Part shown: positions 19,092-29,621 of the stretch, piece after piece | How positions within the stretch are numbered: position 1 is the first letter of the stretch | Layout: each line of letters starts with the position of its first letter | Virus record (IMG/VR): IMGVR_UViG_3300028384_000756 | Span: 1-46,141 of that record | DNA: 46,141 nucleotides | Reading direction: 5' to 3' (one strand) | From: a virus | Taxonomy: Duplodnaviria > Caudoviricetes | The notes under the pieces: model-generated | The model's input: only the letters and a program-made list of their open reading frames with translations | What the model was told of the DNA's origin: nothing | Databases searched by the model: none | Translations under genes and position numbers: made by a program

Positions 19092-21041
19092 TTAGGTTGA
19101 GTTTGCTTCTATAATAACTTCGACATGTGCTCGTTGATTGTCTAAAGTTAGTTTAAATATTTCTTCATCTTCAGTCACTGTATCTTGAGCAAAAGTAAAT
19201 GTTGTACTAGCTGTACTATTAACTATAGTAAATGTTCCAGTTAAATTTCCTGCTGACAAGTCATCTTGAGTTATTCCAGTAACTGTATAAGGAATAACCG
19301 TAGCATCGTCTACACCAATAGTAGATAACGTAACAACTACTGTTGCGCCTTCATTGACTGTTGTTTGATCAGCATCTAAATGATAATGATGATATCCGTT
19401 ACCATTTTCTGAAATAATAAATCCATTTAAACTACCGTCTGGCGTGCCTCCTAGTACTCTAGGTTGTTTTCCGTATCGGCAAACTACATGTCGGTTAGGA
19501 CTTCCCATCAAACTTGTAGTAATATTTGTATAGTCATCATCTAGTCCAGTATCGGATATTACATCTGTAGAATCTGCTTCTAAGACTGCTTTTAGTTGTG
19601 CAGGAGTCATTTGTGGTTTGACACCTAAATGCATAGCAGCAATTCCTGCTACTTGAGGTGATGCCATGCTAGTTCCGCCGATGCTCATTATTTTAAAATT
19701 ATCATCATCCGGATAATCTAATTGAGAGTATCCAAATGTATTATTAAAATTACTAGCAGTACTCATTATATTACTACCAGGTGCCCATATATCAACTGCC
19801 GGACCTCTAACACTAGATCCTGCAGGTCTATCATGATAAACTGTTTCGCCGTCGACTGTTTCTAAATTTACTGCTGAATCTATGTTTCCAACATAAAATG
19901 CTCCGTCGGCATGCGGAGATCCAGGGCGATGATAAAATCTAGTACTACCTGTGTATGTAACACTATTATCGTAGTCAGGACCTCCTACAATATCTGATTT
20001 ATAATAACTATTACCGGCTGCGATACATACAACTACTCCGTCTGCAATCATATCTTCTACTTCTGCATCAACAGATGCAACCTGTCCTGGAAATCTTCTA
20101 GATCCACTTATTTCCGGAACTATACCAGCATTTGCCCATAATTCATTTGATGTTGAAAAGTTTGTATCACCGTAATTCCAAGGCGTGCCTCTGTATGTGC
20201 CACTTACTGGAGGGCCTGATATTGCACCGCTATATCCCCAACTCATATTAACAACAGTAGGACGTCTATAACCGTTTGCTTCAAGACCTTTATTTAAATG
20301 CCAAAGGCGTATAGTGTCAAATGCATCAGTAATAGGGATACCTGTACCTGCATCTCCGGTTCCTTCTAAGCCGTTTAATTTTTGTGCATAGATTCTTGCA
20401 CCCTTTGCCCAACCGTATGTTTTACCTGCGGCAATGCCTGCACAGTGCGTGCCGTGGCCGTCGTAGTCTCTATAGTGGTTGGCGCTTTGAGTTCCTGCTA
20501 GTCCGCTTGTAGTGTACCAATTTATTTGTTGCATTCGGCTAACACCATTTACATCTTGCCATTCAGGATGGTCTGGTTGTATTCCACTATCTTGAATTAC
20601 AATATCAACACCTTCGCCTTCGGTTCCGTATTCGTGAAATCCTGTATTTGGTGCTGTGTTTCTTACGAAGTTCCAATCTTGAGTATTGCCGTAGTTGTTT
20701 ATAAGTTTAGTACACCTAGCTAATCCCCAGTTTACTGCATCGTTTAATGAAGTTGATCCTCTAAAGAAGTTTGCATTCTGATATGCATTCAACCCGATTT
20801 GTATATCGTCTCTTTGATCGGGTGGTATTTCAATAGCACGTATTCTAGGATCGTTTAAAAGTTCATTTGCTTCTTCGTCTGTAAGCATAAAGTGTGTTTG
20901 AATTTTTGATCCTGGTCGAGGATTTGCAATATCAACAGACCGTTTAGGTATAGGTCCGGATCCTGAACTAGCAGTAATTTCTGCTTCAATCTCAGGTAAG
21001 TCTTCTCTATTGTATACGATTACTGTATATTCTTTTTCCAT
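19092..21041 (-). CDS. S8 subtilisin-like peptidase with C-terminal Calx-beta/Ig-like domain, 649 aa
   Basis: IVIQDSG, HGTHCAGIAAG, VVNMSWG, AAGNS, DIWAPG, GGTSMASPQVAG; C-terminal 'VNEG.TVVVTL...VPYTVTG...TE..E.F.LTL'. Confidence 0.9.
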   Translation of the reverse strand: MEKEYTVIVYNREDLPEIEAEITASSGSGPIPKRSVDIANPRPGSKIQTHFMLTDEEANELLNDPRIRAIEIPPDQRDDIQIGLNAYQNANFFRGSTSLNDAVNWGLARCTKLINNYGNTQDWNFVRNTAPNTGFHEYGTEGEGVDIVIQDSGIQPDHPEWQDVNGVSRMQQINWYTTSGLAGTQSANHYRDYDGHGTHCAGIAAGKTYGWAKGARIYAQKLNGLEGTGDAGTGIPITDAFDTIRLWHLNKGLEANGYRRPTVVNMSWGYSGAISGPPVSGTYRGTPWNYGDTNFSTSNELWANAGIVPEISGSRRFPGQVASVDAEVEDMIADGVVVCIAAGNSYYKSDIVGGPDYDNSVTYTGSTRFYHRPGSPHADGAFYVGNIDSAVNLETVDGETVYHDRPAGSSVRGPAVDIWAPGSNIMSTASNFNNTFGYSQLDYPDDDNFKIMSIGGTSMASPQVAGIAAMHLGVKPQMTPAQLKAVLEADSTDVISDTGLDDDYTNITTSLMGSPNRHVVCRYGKQPRVLGGTPDGSLNGFIISENGNGYHHYHLDADQTTVNEGATVVVTLSTIGVDDATVIPYTVTGITQDDLSAGNLTGTFTIVNSTASTTFTFAQDTVTEDEEIFKLTLDNQRAHVEVIIEANST

Positions 21042-22492
21042 TAGCCAGCTGTACCGTCGTCAATATTAATCCAAGAACCATTTTGTCTACCTTGTATTCT
21101 ATTATCGGTAGTGTTATAAATCATGTCGCCGTCGATTGCTGCAATTGAGTTTCGTTGTGCAGTAGACAGCCTCGGAAGTCTAAATGGGCCTGTGCCTTCA
21201 ACTAAAAGGCCATCTGCTGTATTAATAGTAAGTGTAGTTGCAGTTTCAATACTAGGATCACTAGTTCCAGCAGTAATAAAATCTCCAGCGGTAACAACAT
21301 CAAATGTAACAGCATTTGTAGTATTCAAATCTTGGTCAAAGTTTGAACCTCCTGAACCTGATGGTGGTGTATATGAAAATACGCCTGTTGTATTATCGTA
21401 TGCTAAATCTCCAGTACCTGACGCAGGATTAACTGTAACACTAAATGCTGTTAGATCAACACCTGCTTGAGTGTCTTGGAAAGTAAATCCTCCAGCACCA
21501 TCTGTTGTTAGTATTTGTCCGTCGGTACCGTCACTTATACCTAAATCTGTAAGTGTTGTAGGAATATTTATTTGAGGGGTATTAATTAAATCAGCATAAT
21601 CGCCAGTAGTCGCTACTGTAGCAAATGTAGGTTTGTTAATAATATCTGCATAATCAATTATAATATCTGGACTATCCGGTGTTACTGCTGCTGGCTGTAC
21701 CCATTGCGCTCCGTCATCGTCTTGAATATAAACTAGTAATCTACCGGTTGTACTTTGAAACCATAAGTCGCCATTATTAGGATCTGTTGGAGCAGTTTCT
21801 GAAACTTCAATGCTTGCACCGTCTCCTGGTGTAGGAGTGACGCCACCGCCTCCGCTGCTTGAACTGCCCGGATATACTTTTGTGCCTTCGTTGCCCATAC
21901 CAATATGATTAGTACAGTAATAATATAAGGTTGAGTTTGTATCAGCAGTGATAGTAATTTGTACAGCTCTATGATCACTACTTGCAAAATTTCTCAAGTA
22001 CTGTTCTCTAGTTACTGGTGCATTATCTAAGAGATAAATTACATTATCATGGTAAGTTGTGCCTGAACCAGTTATACCATCTGGGTCATCTACGCTGAAT
22101 TCTAACGGGTGCTCGTTAAAAATTGGCCCCGGCGGATTTGGATAATATAAGTTTGTGTTATCAGTTTGATCAAAATAGTATGTGTAACCTACTACCCAGT
22201 TTATTGTTGGATTTTTATCTCCGTTGAGTACATATACATTTGCAGTATCATCGTCGTTCCTATCTACAGTTACATGATACTTAACTGTTGCAACTTCTTG
22301 ATTAGCAACATTTCGTCTTACATTATCTTCTGTTATTATTTCAAAACCACTACGAATTGTACCGTCATAGACACGTAATGTTTTTGCAGTTTTACTATAA
22401 TATAACTCACCACTTGAACCGATATTTCTATTTAGAAAGTCTTCAGGTCTTGGTATAAGTCTAATTCTATCTACAATTGGGCTTTGGCTCAT
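21041..22492 (-). CDS. Tail fibre-like structural protein with a cupredoxin-like module; start revised to MSQSPIVDR
   Basis: GGAG RBS before ATG 22492; GELYY....TLRVYDG N-terminus, HPLEFS...LYYYCTNHIGMG, P.DP.NGDLWF, PRLSTAQRN...G.MIYNTT. Confidence 0.75.
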   Translation of the reverse strand: MSQSPIVDRIRLIPRPEDFLNRNIGSSGELYYSKTAKTLRVYDGTIRSGFEIITEDNVRRNVANQEVATVKYHVTVDRNDDDTANVYVLNGDKNPTINWVVGYTYYFDQTDNTNLYYPNPPGPIFNEHPLEFSVDDPDGITGSGTTYHDNVIYLLDNAPVTREQYLRNFASSDHRAVQITITADTNSTLYYYCTNHIGMGNEGTKVYPGSSSSGGGGVTPTPGDGASIEVSETAPTDPNNGDLWFQSTTGRLLVYIQDDDGAQWVQPAAVTPDSPDIIIDYADIINKPTFATVATTGDYADLINTPQINIPTTLTDLGISDGTDGQILTTDGAGGFTFQDTQAGVDLTAFSVTVNPASGTGDLAYDNTTGVFSYTPPSGSGGSNFDQDLNTTNAVTFDVVTAGDFITAGTSDPSIETATTLTINTADGLLVEGTGPFRLPRLSTAQRNSIAAIDGDMIYNTTDNRIQGRQNGSWINIDDGTAG

Positions 22493-22561
22493 ATTTTTTT
22501 CTCCGACACAGTATTTATTCAAATAGTAGCTGCTACACCTATACTAAAAATAAGTACATAT

Positions 22562-23191
22562 ATGAGTAACACTGATTTTCAAAAAAATAAAGTATTTCCA
22601 GTTGAAATTTACGAATTTCATAATAAAGATATTGATAATGAAAATTTAATCGAGAGATTAAAATCTCGACGCAATCCTTCACACGGCATAACATCAACAA
22701 ATGATGTCCATGACGATCCGTTATTTAATGACTTATTCGGTTGGATTGATCAATGCTTAGATAGAATCGTCGAAGATAATCGTTACGATATGGACAAACT
22801 AAGTGTTACGTCTAGTTGGAGCAACTGTGCTGAGTCAAATGCAGGTTTAGCCAGTCATGCTCACAAGCATAGTATGAGTATGTTTAGTGGAGTATATTAT
22901 TGTACACACGGTGCTCCTATCCTTTTCGAAGATCCTTTGCACCAACGACTACATGCTCAAATTGAAGTATTACAACATGATTACGAACCTTTAATTGCAT
23001 TACCTCCGTATCCTGGAAAACTTATAGTATTTCCGAGTTGGATGTATCATTCTACGGAGCCACATTATGAAGATTATGATAGGTGGGTTGTAGCATTTAA
23101 TACCTTACCAAGCGGAAACATAAATGTTAACTTAGCTAGAGACTCAATAGCAAATATAACTATAGGAAAAACACCAAAATGCAATCTGTAA
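22562..23191 (+). CDS. Fe(II)/2OG-type oxygenase (TIGR02466-like, HxH...H); start revised to MSNTDFQK
   Basis: SSWSN, HKHSMSMFSGVYY, F.DP, G.L.VFPSW.YH, R.VVAFN. Confidence 0.85.
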   Translation: MSNTDFQKNKVFPVEIYEFHNKDIDNENLIERLKSRRNPSHGITSTNDVHDDPLFNDLFGWIDQCLDRIVEDNRYDMDKLSVTSSWSNCAESNAGLASHAHKHSMSMFSGVYYCTHGAPILFEDPLHQRLHAQIEVLQHDYEPLIALPPYPGKLIVFPSWMYHSTEPHYEDYDRWVVAFNTLPSGNINVNLARDSIANITIGKTPKCNL

Positions 23192-24648
23192 CTGTGCTAG
23201 GAGGCGGATCAAGCGGTCTGCTGTCAGCACTTATGATTAAAAAAGCGTTTCCTAATTTTGATGTCACTGTTATCAAAAGTGATCAAATAGGAATTATCGG
23301 AGTAGGTGAGGGATCAACCGAGCACTGGAAAGCAGTGTGTGAATTTTTAGACATTGATGTCAATGATGCTGTAAAATATTGCGGCGCAACAATGAAAGTC
23401 GGAATACATTTTAAAGATTGGGGAGTACCGGATTATTATCACAGTGTAATTGATGATTATCTAATGACAAACGGAGAGTCTTTTCCGTTTTATCAAAAAT
23501 TAATTTCTGAAAAAGTTGATCCGTTAACTGTTACCGGTATTGGTTTTGATCAGCCTAGTGTGTCTTGCGAATGGACTGAAAATAAAAAAGAGCCAGAGGC
23601 AGCACAATTTCATTTTAATGCATTATTATTAAATGAATACTTGTTAAAACTATGCTCTAAAAGAAATATTATTATCAAAGAAGATAAAATTACTGGTGTA
23701 AATGTAGAACAAGGAAAAATTAAAAACATCAACGGTGCGCAAATACATAAAGCCGATTTCTTTATAGATGCATCGGGCATGGCAAGAGTATTAATGAAAG
23801 AGCTAGGTGCTAAATGGAATAGTTATAGTAATCAGTTAATAACAAACAGTGCTATTGCTTTTCCGACTGAAGACACAGACGAGTATCCAATATATACTAC
23901 TGCTACTGCAATGGACTATGGGTGGATGTGGAATACTCCTGTACAAGGAAGATGGGGCAACGGCTATGTATTTTGTGACAAGTATTTAGATTTTGATCAG
24001 GCACAAGCCGAAGTAGAAAAGAAACTTGGACACCCAATTAAAATATTTAAAAAAATTAAATTTGATCCCGGATCACTTGATAGAAATTGGATAGGAAACT
24101 GTTGTGCAGTAGGCCTTAGTAGTGGATTTGTCGAACCTTTAGAAAGTTCAGCCATTAGTCAGGGCTTATTACAAACTTGGTTGTTTATTACTTTACTACC
24201 TGGATGGAAAAATGATAATTCAGTAAGTGAAATTTATAACAAAAAATCTAACCAAATGAGCAAAAACATTTTAGACTTTATTGCTATACATTATGTTTGT
24301 CCAAGAGAAGACACCGAGTTTTGGAAATATCTCAAACATAATAGAGAAGAATGGTTGCCAGCTACACTAAAGGACAATCTAAATAAATGGAAGTATAGAC
24401 TTCCATATAGTTTTGAATTTGACCCCAAATGGACATTATTCAAAGCTGAAAATTGGATAATTACATTATATGGTTTAGAGTTATTAGACATCGAAGCTAT
24501 TAAAAAAGAATACAATTTAACTCCTGATCATATAAAAAATTACGTAGACGAATATATTTTAAATCTATCTAGTATAGTTAATAACATGAACCGAATCCCG
24601 CATAAACAAGGATTAGAACTTTTTCTAAGGAACAACAATGGTCAATAA
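23179..24648 (+). CDS. Flavin-dependent halogenase 1 (tryptophan halogenase family)
   Basis: GGGSSG, IGVGEGST, ATMK (catalytic Lys), FIDASG, GWMWNTP, GFVEPLESSAI. Confidence 0.9.
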   Translation: MQSVTVLGGGSSGLLSALMIKKAFPNFDVTVIKSDQIGIIGVGEGSTEHWKAVCEFLDIDVNDAVKYCGATMKVGIHFKDWGVPDYYHSVIDDYLMTNGESFPFYQKLISEKVDPLTVTGIGFDQPSVSCEWTENKKEPEAAQFHFNALLLNEYLLKLCSKRNIIIKEDKITGVNVEQGKIKNINGAQIHKADFFIDASGMARVLMKELGAKWNSYSNQLITNSAIAFPTEDTDEYPIYTTATAMDYGWMWNTPVQGRWGNGYVFCDKYLDFDQAQAEVEKKLGHPIKIFKKIKFDPGSLDRNWIGNCCAVGLSSGFVEPLESSAISQGLLQTWLFITLLPGWKNDNSVSEIYNKKSNQMSKNILDFIAIHYVCPREDTEFWKYLKHNREEWLPATLKDNLNKWKYRLPYSFEFDPKWTLFKAENWIITLYGLELLDIEAIKKEYNLTPDHIKNYVDEYILNLSSIVNNMNRIPHKQGLELFLRNNNGQ

Positions 24649-26140
24649 AATTACAATATTAGGCGGAGGAACTGCCGGTTTACTATCGGCGCTTATGCTA
24701 AAGCATAGTATGAAACATGCTGAGGTGCAAGTAGTAGAGTCTTCCAAGATAGGAATTATAGGTGTAGGTGAAGGTAGTACCGAACATTGGGATACCTTTA
24801 TGAAATTTATCGGTATCGATGCACAGGAGTTAATTGCTAATACCGGTGCAACATACAAATTAGGTATTAGATTTGAAAATTGGAACGGCGACGGTGATCA
24901 TTACTGGCATGCTATTGGTCACGAGTTTGGTCATTTAGACGAAGATACCGGTTTATATCCATTTGCACTAAAATGTATTGCAGAAGATGCTCATCCAGAC
25001 GAAACTATTTGGACAGAGATGAGAGAAAATATTGTTAGACCACCGTTTGCGCAAGTCTCTAATCAATATCACTTTGACACACGTAAATTAAATGATTATT
25101 TTCATCGTCTGGCTTCAGAAAGAGGGGTAAAGTTTTACGATGACGACATAGACGAAGTAGTTTTAGATCAAGACGGTTTTGTAAAAAGTCTAAAAGGTAA
25201 AAAACAAACATACGATGGCGACTTTTTTATCGATAGTAGTGGATTTAATAGAGTTATTAGTAGTAAACTAGGAGCAAAGTGGATCGACTGCGGTGATAAA
25301 CTTCCAATGAACAGTGCTCTTGCATTTCCTACTCCGTATAAAGAAGAAATTCCGCAATGGACTAACTCAGTAGCAATGTCAAGCGGTTGGATGTGGAGAA
25401 TACCTACACAAGATCGTTTCGGAAATGGATATGTCTTTTGTGATCAATTTATATCTGAGGATCAAGCATATGCTGAAATACAATCTCAGTTTGATCATGA
25501 AATCGAAATAGGTAAAAAAGTAAAATTTAGTGCAGGATATGTAGATCAGTTTTGGATTAAAAATTGTTTGTCTGTTGGTTTGGCAGGAATGTTTGTAGAA
25601 CCGTTAGAAGCAAGTAGTATAGGATCTACAATCCAACAAATTTTTGGATTTATTAACTGCATTCATACTTGGGAACGTCATAATACAGCAACTATTAGAC
25701 GTTATAACAAAGATTTTAGAGACGTTGCTGAAAATATTGTAGATTTTATTCAATTACATTATATTACAAAAAGAAATGACACTGAATTTTGGCGCTGGGT
25801 CAAAGATGGTATTGTATTAACAGATTTTAACAAAGAACATTTGCCGATTTGGAAAACAACAACACCCGGACATGCTGTTTTTAATGATCATTATAAGATG
25901 TTTAAAAATATGAACTTCTTACAAGTGTTACACGGACTAGGTTATTTTGATAGCAAGGTATTTAAAGAACAATATTACAAAAATTATCCTCATTTTGAAG
26001 AAATTATAACTCAAGTAAAAAATCAGGACCAGATGGAGCAGCGAAAACAAGCAGTTAGTCATCGTGAAGCACTTAATTCTGTTATTCAAGGATATAAAAC
26101 AGACTATTTTACAGTAGGAGACTTAGGCTTTGGTTTCTAA
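24638..26140 (+). CDS. Flavin-dependent halogenase 2
   Basis: GGGTAG, IGVGEGST, ATYKLGIRFENW, GWMWRIP, FVEPLEASSI. Confidence 0.92.
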   Translation: MVNKITILGGGTAGLLSALMLKHSMKHAEVQVVESSKIGIIGVGEGSTEHWDTFMKFIGIDAQELIANTGATYKLGIRFENWNGDGDHYWHAIGHEFGHLDEDTGLYPFALKCIAEDAHPDETIWTEMRENIVRPPFAQVSNQYHFDTRKLNDYFHRLASERGVKFYDDDIDEVVLDQDGFVKSLKGKKQTYDGDFFIDSSGFNRVISSKLGAKWIDCGDKLPMNSALAFPTPYKEEIPQWTNSVAMSSGWMWRIPTQDRFGNGYVFCDQFISEDQAYAEIQSQFDHEIEIGKKVKFSAGYVDQFWIKNCLSVGLAGMFVEPLEASSIGSTIQQIFGFINCIHTWERHNTATIRRYNKDFRDVAENIVDFIQLHYITKRNDTEFWRWVKDGIVLTDFNKEHLPIWKTTTPGHAVFNDHYKMFKNMNFLQVLHGLGYFDSKVFKEQYYKNYPHFEEIITQVKNQDQMEQRKQAVSHREALNSVIQGYKTDYFTVGDLGFGF

Positions 26141-26690
26141 ATTAAAATTTGATATGCCTGTAGTTATATCTCATCTAAATGATCACGATTCTATTAAAGA
26201 TGAAATAATGATGTATATTAATGAGCAAGCATCTTCAAGGATCTTTTCAGAAGATCATGATGATCTTGATATTACACGTTGTGATTGGACTATAGAACGT
26301 GATATTCCTAGAAAATGGTTAGAAGTTTTGCGTCCTAGTCTAACCAAAGAGCTTGATATTATCTATAAAGAGCTAGGTTACGACAAATATGACGTAAAAA
26401 ATATATGGTTTCAACAATATGAAACAAATGGTGTTCATGGGTGGCATGTACATGTAGATTGTCAATGGACAAACGTCTATTATGTGGACTTACCCGAAGA
26501 TTGTCCACAAACTGAAATTATAAATCCTTATAATCAAAAAGAAATTATAAAAATTGATGTAAAAGAGGGAGATCTTTTAACCTTTCCTAGTTTTGTAATA
26601 CACAGAGCACCTGTAAACAAGTCAAATAAGACAAAAACAATCATTAGTTTCAATAGTGATGCTGATATAAACGGAGGACTATATGTATGA
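26130..26690 (+). CDS. Fe(II)/2OG-type oxygenase (HxH...H), TTG start
   Basis: AGGAG upstream of TTG; WFQQY, WHVH, VYY, EGD.LTFPSF..HRAP, KTIISFN. Confidence 0.8.
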   Translation: MVSKLKFDMPVVISHLNDHDSIKDEIMMYINEQASSRIFSEDHDDLDITRCDWTIERDIPRKWLEVLRPSLTKELDIIYKELGYDKYDVKNIWFQQYETNGVHGWHVHVDCQWTNVYYVDLPEDCPQTEIINPYNQKEIIKIDVKEGDLLTFPSFVIHRAPVNKSNKTKTIISFNSDADINGGLYV

Positions 26691-27304
26691 GTGAAGTTTT
26701 ATACGGAGGGTTCAATAATTACGGATTTATTAATGCCGAAGTCCCCCAGACTGTCATGAATGAAATTAAAAATGAAACAAAAGAGTTCCCACAAGAGTCA
26801 GTTACACACGATCTAGCCGGAAATATTGAACACGAATATAAATTGACACAGAGTTATGACAAGGTAGAAAAATTTGTTACTGATTTATGTTACGAATACC
26901 AAAATACTTGGGATCCTAGGTATACAAATCATAAAGTAGACAGGTCAAACTGGAGACTATCAAAACTTTGGGTCAATTATCAAAAAAAATATGAATTTAA
27001 CCCTCCCCATATACACGATGGTAGCTTTAGTTTTGTTATTTTTGTAAAAGTGCCGTATCTTATGCAAGACGAAGTGAATGGTAAGAGTATACAAGGCAGT
27101 AACATGCCTAGAGCAGGTGTTTTTAGTTTTCAGTACACTAACATATTTGGAGAAGTAAGAGAAGCAGCACAACCTGTTGATAAAACATACGAAGGACGAA
27201 TATTTTTATTTCCTAGTGTGCTTATACACCAAGTTTTTCCATTTTACACAAGCGACGAGTATAGAATAACAGTATCAGGTAATATAATCGGAGATAGATT
27301 ATGA
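26687..27304 (+). CDS. Fe(II)/2OG-type oxygenase (HxH...H)
   Basis: LAGNI..EY, WVNYQKKYEFNPPHIHDG.FSFVIF, FPS.L.HQVFPF, YRITVSGN. Confidence 0.85.
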   Translation: MSEVLYGGFNNYGFINAEVPQTVMNEIKNETKEFPQESVTHDLAGNIEHEYKLTQSYDKVEKFVTDLCYEYQNTWDPRYTNHKVDRSNWRLSKLWVNYQKKYEFNPPHIHDGSFSFVIFVKVPYLMQDEVNGKSIQGSNMPRAGVFSFQYTNIFGEVREAAQPVDKTYEGRIFLFPSVLIHQVFPFYTSDEYRITVSGNIIGDRL

Positions 27305-28824
27305 AATTTAATAATATAGTAGTTGTAGGAGGAGGAAGTGCTGGTTGGATGACTGCTGCAACATTAATAAAAGCATTTCCTAACAAAAATATTACACTTG
27401 TTGAGTCTCCTCAAAAGCCTGTAGTAGGTGTAGGCGAAAGTACAACACAGTTGATGCGCAGATGGCAAAACTTTTTAGGTATTAGTGACGAAGACTTTAT
27501 GACAAAGTGTAATGCTACTAATAAATTGAGCATTAGATTTGAAAACTTCCATAAAAACGATAAAGTTGGATTTCATTATCCGTTTGGAAGATTAGATCTT
27601 AGATCTATGAATGTTTTTGATTGGTTTGCACACCAATATTTTAAAAAAGTACCGTTTGAAGATTTAGTTACTGACTTATCTCCTATTGCATACTGTTTAG
27701 ATGAAAATAAAGTACCTACCGATATTATTGCAAACGGTTGGGACATTAAACAAGATGCTGCTTGGCACTTTGATACACATAAATTTTACGGATTTCTTAG
27801 AGACGAGTATTGTAAGCCTCGTGGCGTTAAACATATACAAGCAAATGTAACTACTGCGAATACTGATGAGCACGGCTACATTACAGAAGTAGTTACAGAT
27901 AACGGTGTAATTAAAGGAGATTTATTCTTTGACTGTACTGGATTTAAAAGATTATTAATAGAAGGTGTATTAAAAGAACCTTGGAGACCATTTAATAATA
28001 AAACATATACTGATAGTGCATGGGCTGCACCAAGACCATATAAGGATAAAGAAAAAGAGTTACGTCTTTACACAAATAGCGTAGCATTAGATTATGGTTG
28101 GGTATGGGAAATACCAACTTGGGAAAGAATCGGCACAGGGTATAACTATGCTAGTGATTATATTAGTGACGATGAAGCACTAGACGAGTTCAAACGTTAT
28201 TTAGGACCTGTATCCGAGGAAATGGAATTTAAACATATCCGTATGCGTAACGGTATGAGTGAACGTATGTGGGTGAATAATTGTATTAGTATTGGTCTTA
28301 GTGGTGCGTTTATTGAGCCGCTTGAATCTAACGGCTTAATGAGCGTACATGAATTCTTATTACAATTTGTAAATATTGCAGAAAACAAAGATCAATTAAA
28401 CAAGTTTGATGCTCATGCATTTAATCACAACTGTAGAGAACAGTTTTTATATTTTGCTGATTTTATTACACTGCACTATGCTATGACTAATAGAGATGAT
28501 ACACAATATTGGCGAGATATACAAATGCAAGACTTTAATGATAGTCAATTGTTAAAGCAAGTGTATGAATTACAAGGTTGTCCGTATTTTGATTTGCCTG
28601 AACTCTTGACATGGGAGGCATTAGGTGCTAATATATACATGTTAGCAGGTCATAAAATTAATCCAGTAACTAAATTTAAAGAAAGTAATGCGCTGTTTTG
28701 GGGAGAAGATTTTGATGACAGATCTAAAAATTTAGAAAAATTTATTAGTGATGTTAGAAAAGAAAAACGTTTATGGACAGATTCGTTTCCAACAAGTGTA
28801 GAATACTATAGAAAGTATCATTAA
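27301..28824 (+). CDS. Flavin-dependent halogenase 3
   Basis: GGGSAGW, VGVGEST, CNATNK, FFDCTGF, GWVWEIP, FIEPLESNGL. Confidence 0.92.
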   Translation: MKFNNIVVVGGGSAGWMTAATLIKAFPNKNITLVESPQKPVVGVGESTTQLMRRWQNFLGISDEDFMTKCNATNKLSIRFENFHKNDKVGFHYPFGRLDLRSMNVFDWFAHQYFKKVPFEDLVTDLSPIAYCLDENKVPTDIIANGWDIKQDAAWHFDTHKFYGFLRDEYCKPRGVKHIQANVTTANTDEHGYITEVVTDNGVIKGDLFFDCTGFKRLLIEGVLKEPWRPFNNKTYTDSAWAAPRPYKDKEKELRLYTNSVALDYGWVWEIPTWERIGTGYNYASDYISDDEALDEFKRYLGPVSEEMEFKHIRMRNGMSERMWVNNCISIGLSGAFIEPLESNGLMSVHEFLLQFVNIAENKDQLNKFDAHAFNHNCREQFLYFADFITLHYAMTNRDDTQYWRDIQMQDFNDSQLLKQVYELQGCPYFDLPELLTWEALGANIYMLAGHKINPVTKFKESNALFWGEDFDDRSKNLEKFISDVRKEKRLWTDSFPTSVEYYRKYH

Positions 28825-29621
28825 TGATTCCTAATTTTACATATTTAGACCCTGATGAGAATAATTACAATCCAAGTATGCATACCGCAGAGACTTGGGG
28901 ATTAGAGTATGTAAAATTAACCGAAAAAACCGGATACTGGACTGGTAGTCATCCATTTACAACTGACGAAGAGTTTGATACTTTTAGAAAACTAATTGGA
29001 TCTTATCCAGTATGTAAAGCAAACAATCACGAAGGTTGTAACGACCCTAATCCATTTGCTACTATACACTTGCCTACATGGATTAGCGGTCCGGTTGTAC
29101 ATTTAGTTAAAGATTTTTATCATAAAAACTATAACACAGAAATACAAAATCCTAATCTCAGAGAATGGGGTAATATTTTTGAAAGAAATAAGATGCGTCC
29201 TGTAGAAATATTTAGAATACCACACATGGATAGCTCAAATGGCTTAGTTTGTAATATGTGGTTTAATGATATTGATCCAACGTTATCGGGTACTAATTTA
29301 TATGAATACAAGGGTAAAACATATAATGACTTTTACGACTTTATGGTAGATGATAGTCATCCACTTTACAAAGAATGGAATGAACATAGCAAAAGTCTAC
29401 GCAAGGACGGCTGGCGTAATTTCAGCATTGACGAAGCCGATTATTGGGGGTTTGAATTAGTAGGTAAAGCACCTGTAAAATACAAAGGAGTAACATTATA
29501 CAATGCTAATACTCCTCATGCGCCATATATAGACGACTCTATCAATTTTAGATGGTCACATACATTTGCTTACGACTTTGAAGAAGTCCCTGCAATAAGA
29601 TTAGGAAATCTTGGACTGTAA
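28824..29621 (+). CDS. Fe(II)/2OG-type oxygenase (HxD...H; DUF6445-like)
   Basis: IPHMD, SGTNLY, LY.A..PH.PYI, FRWS. Confidence 0.65.
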   Translation: MIPNFTYLDPDENNYNPSMHTAETWGLEYVKLTEKTGYWTGSHPFTTDEEFDTFRKLIGSYPVCKANNHEGCNDPNPFATIHLPTWISGPVVHLVKDFYHKNYNTEIQNPNLREWGNIFERNKMRPVEIFRIPHMDSSNGLVCNMWFNDIDPTLSGTNLYEYKGKTYNDFYDFMVDDSHPLYKEWNEHSKSLRKDGWRNFSIDEADYWGFELVGKAPVKYKGVTLYNANTPHAPYIDDSINFRWSHTFAYDFEEVPAIRLGNLGL

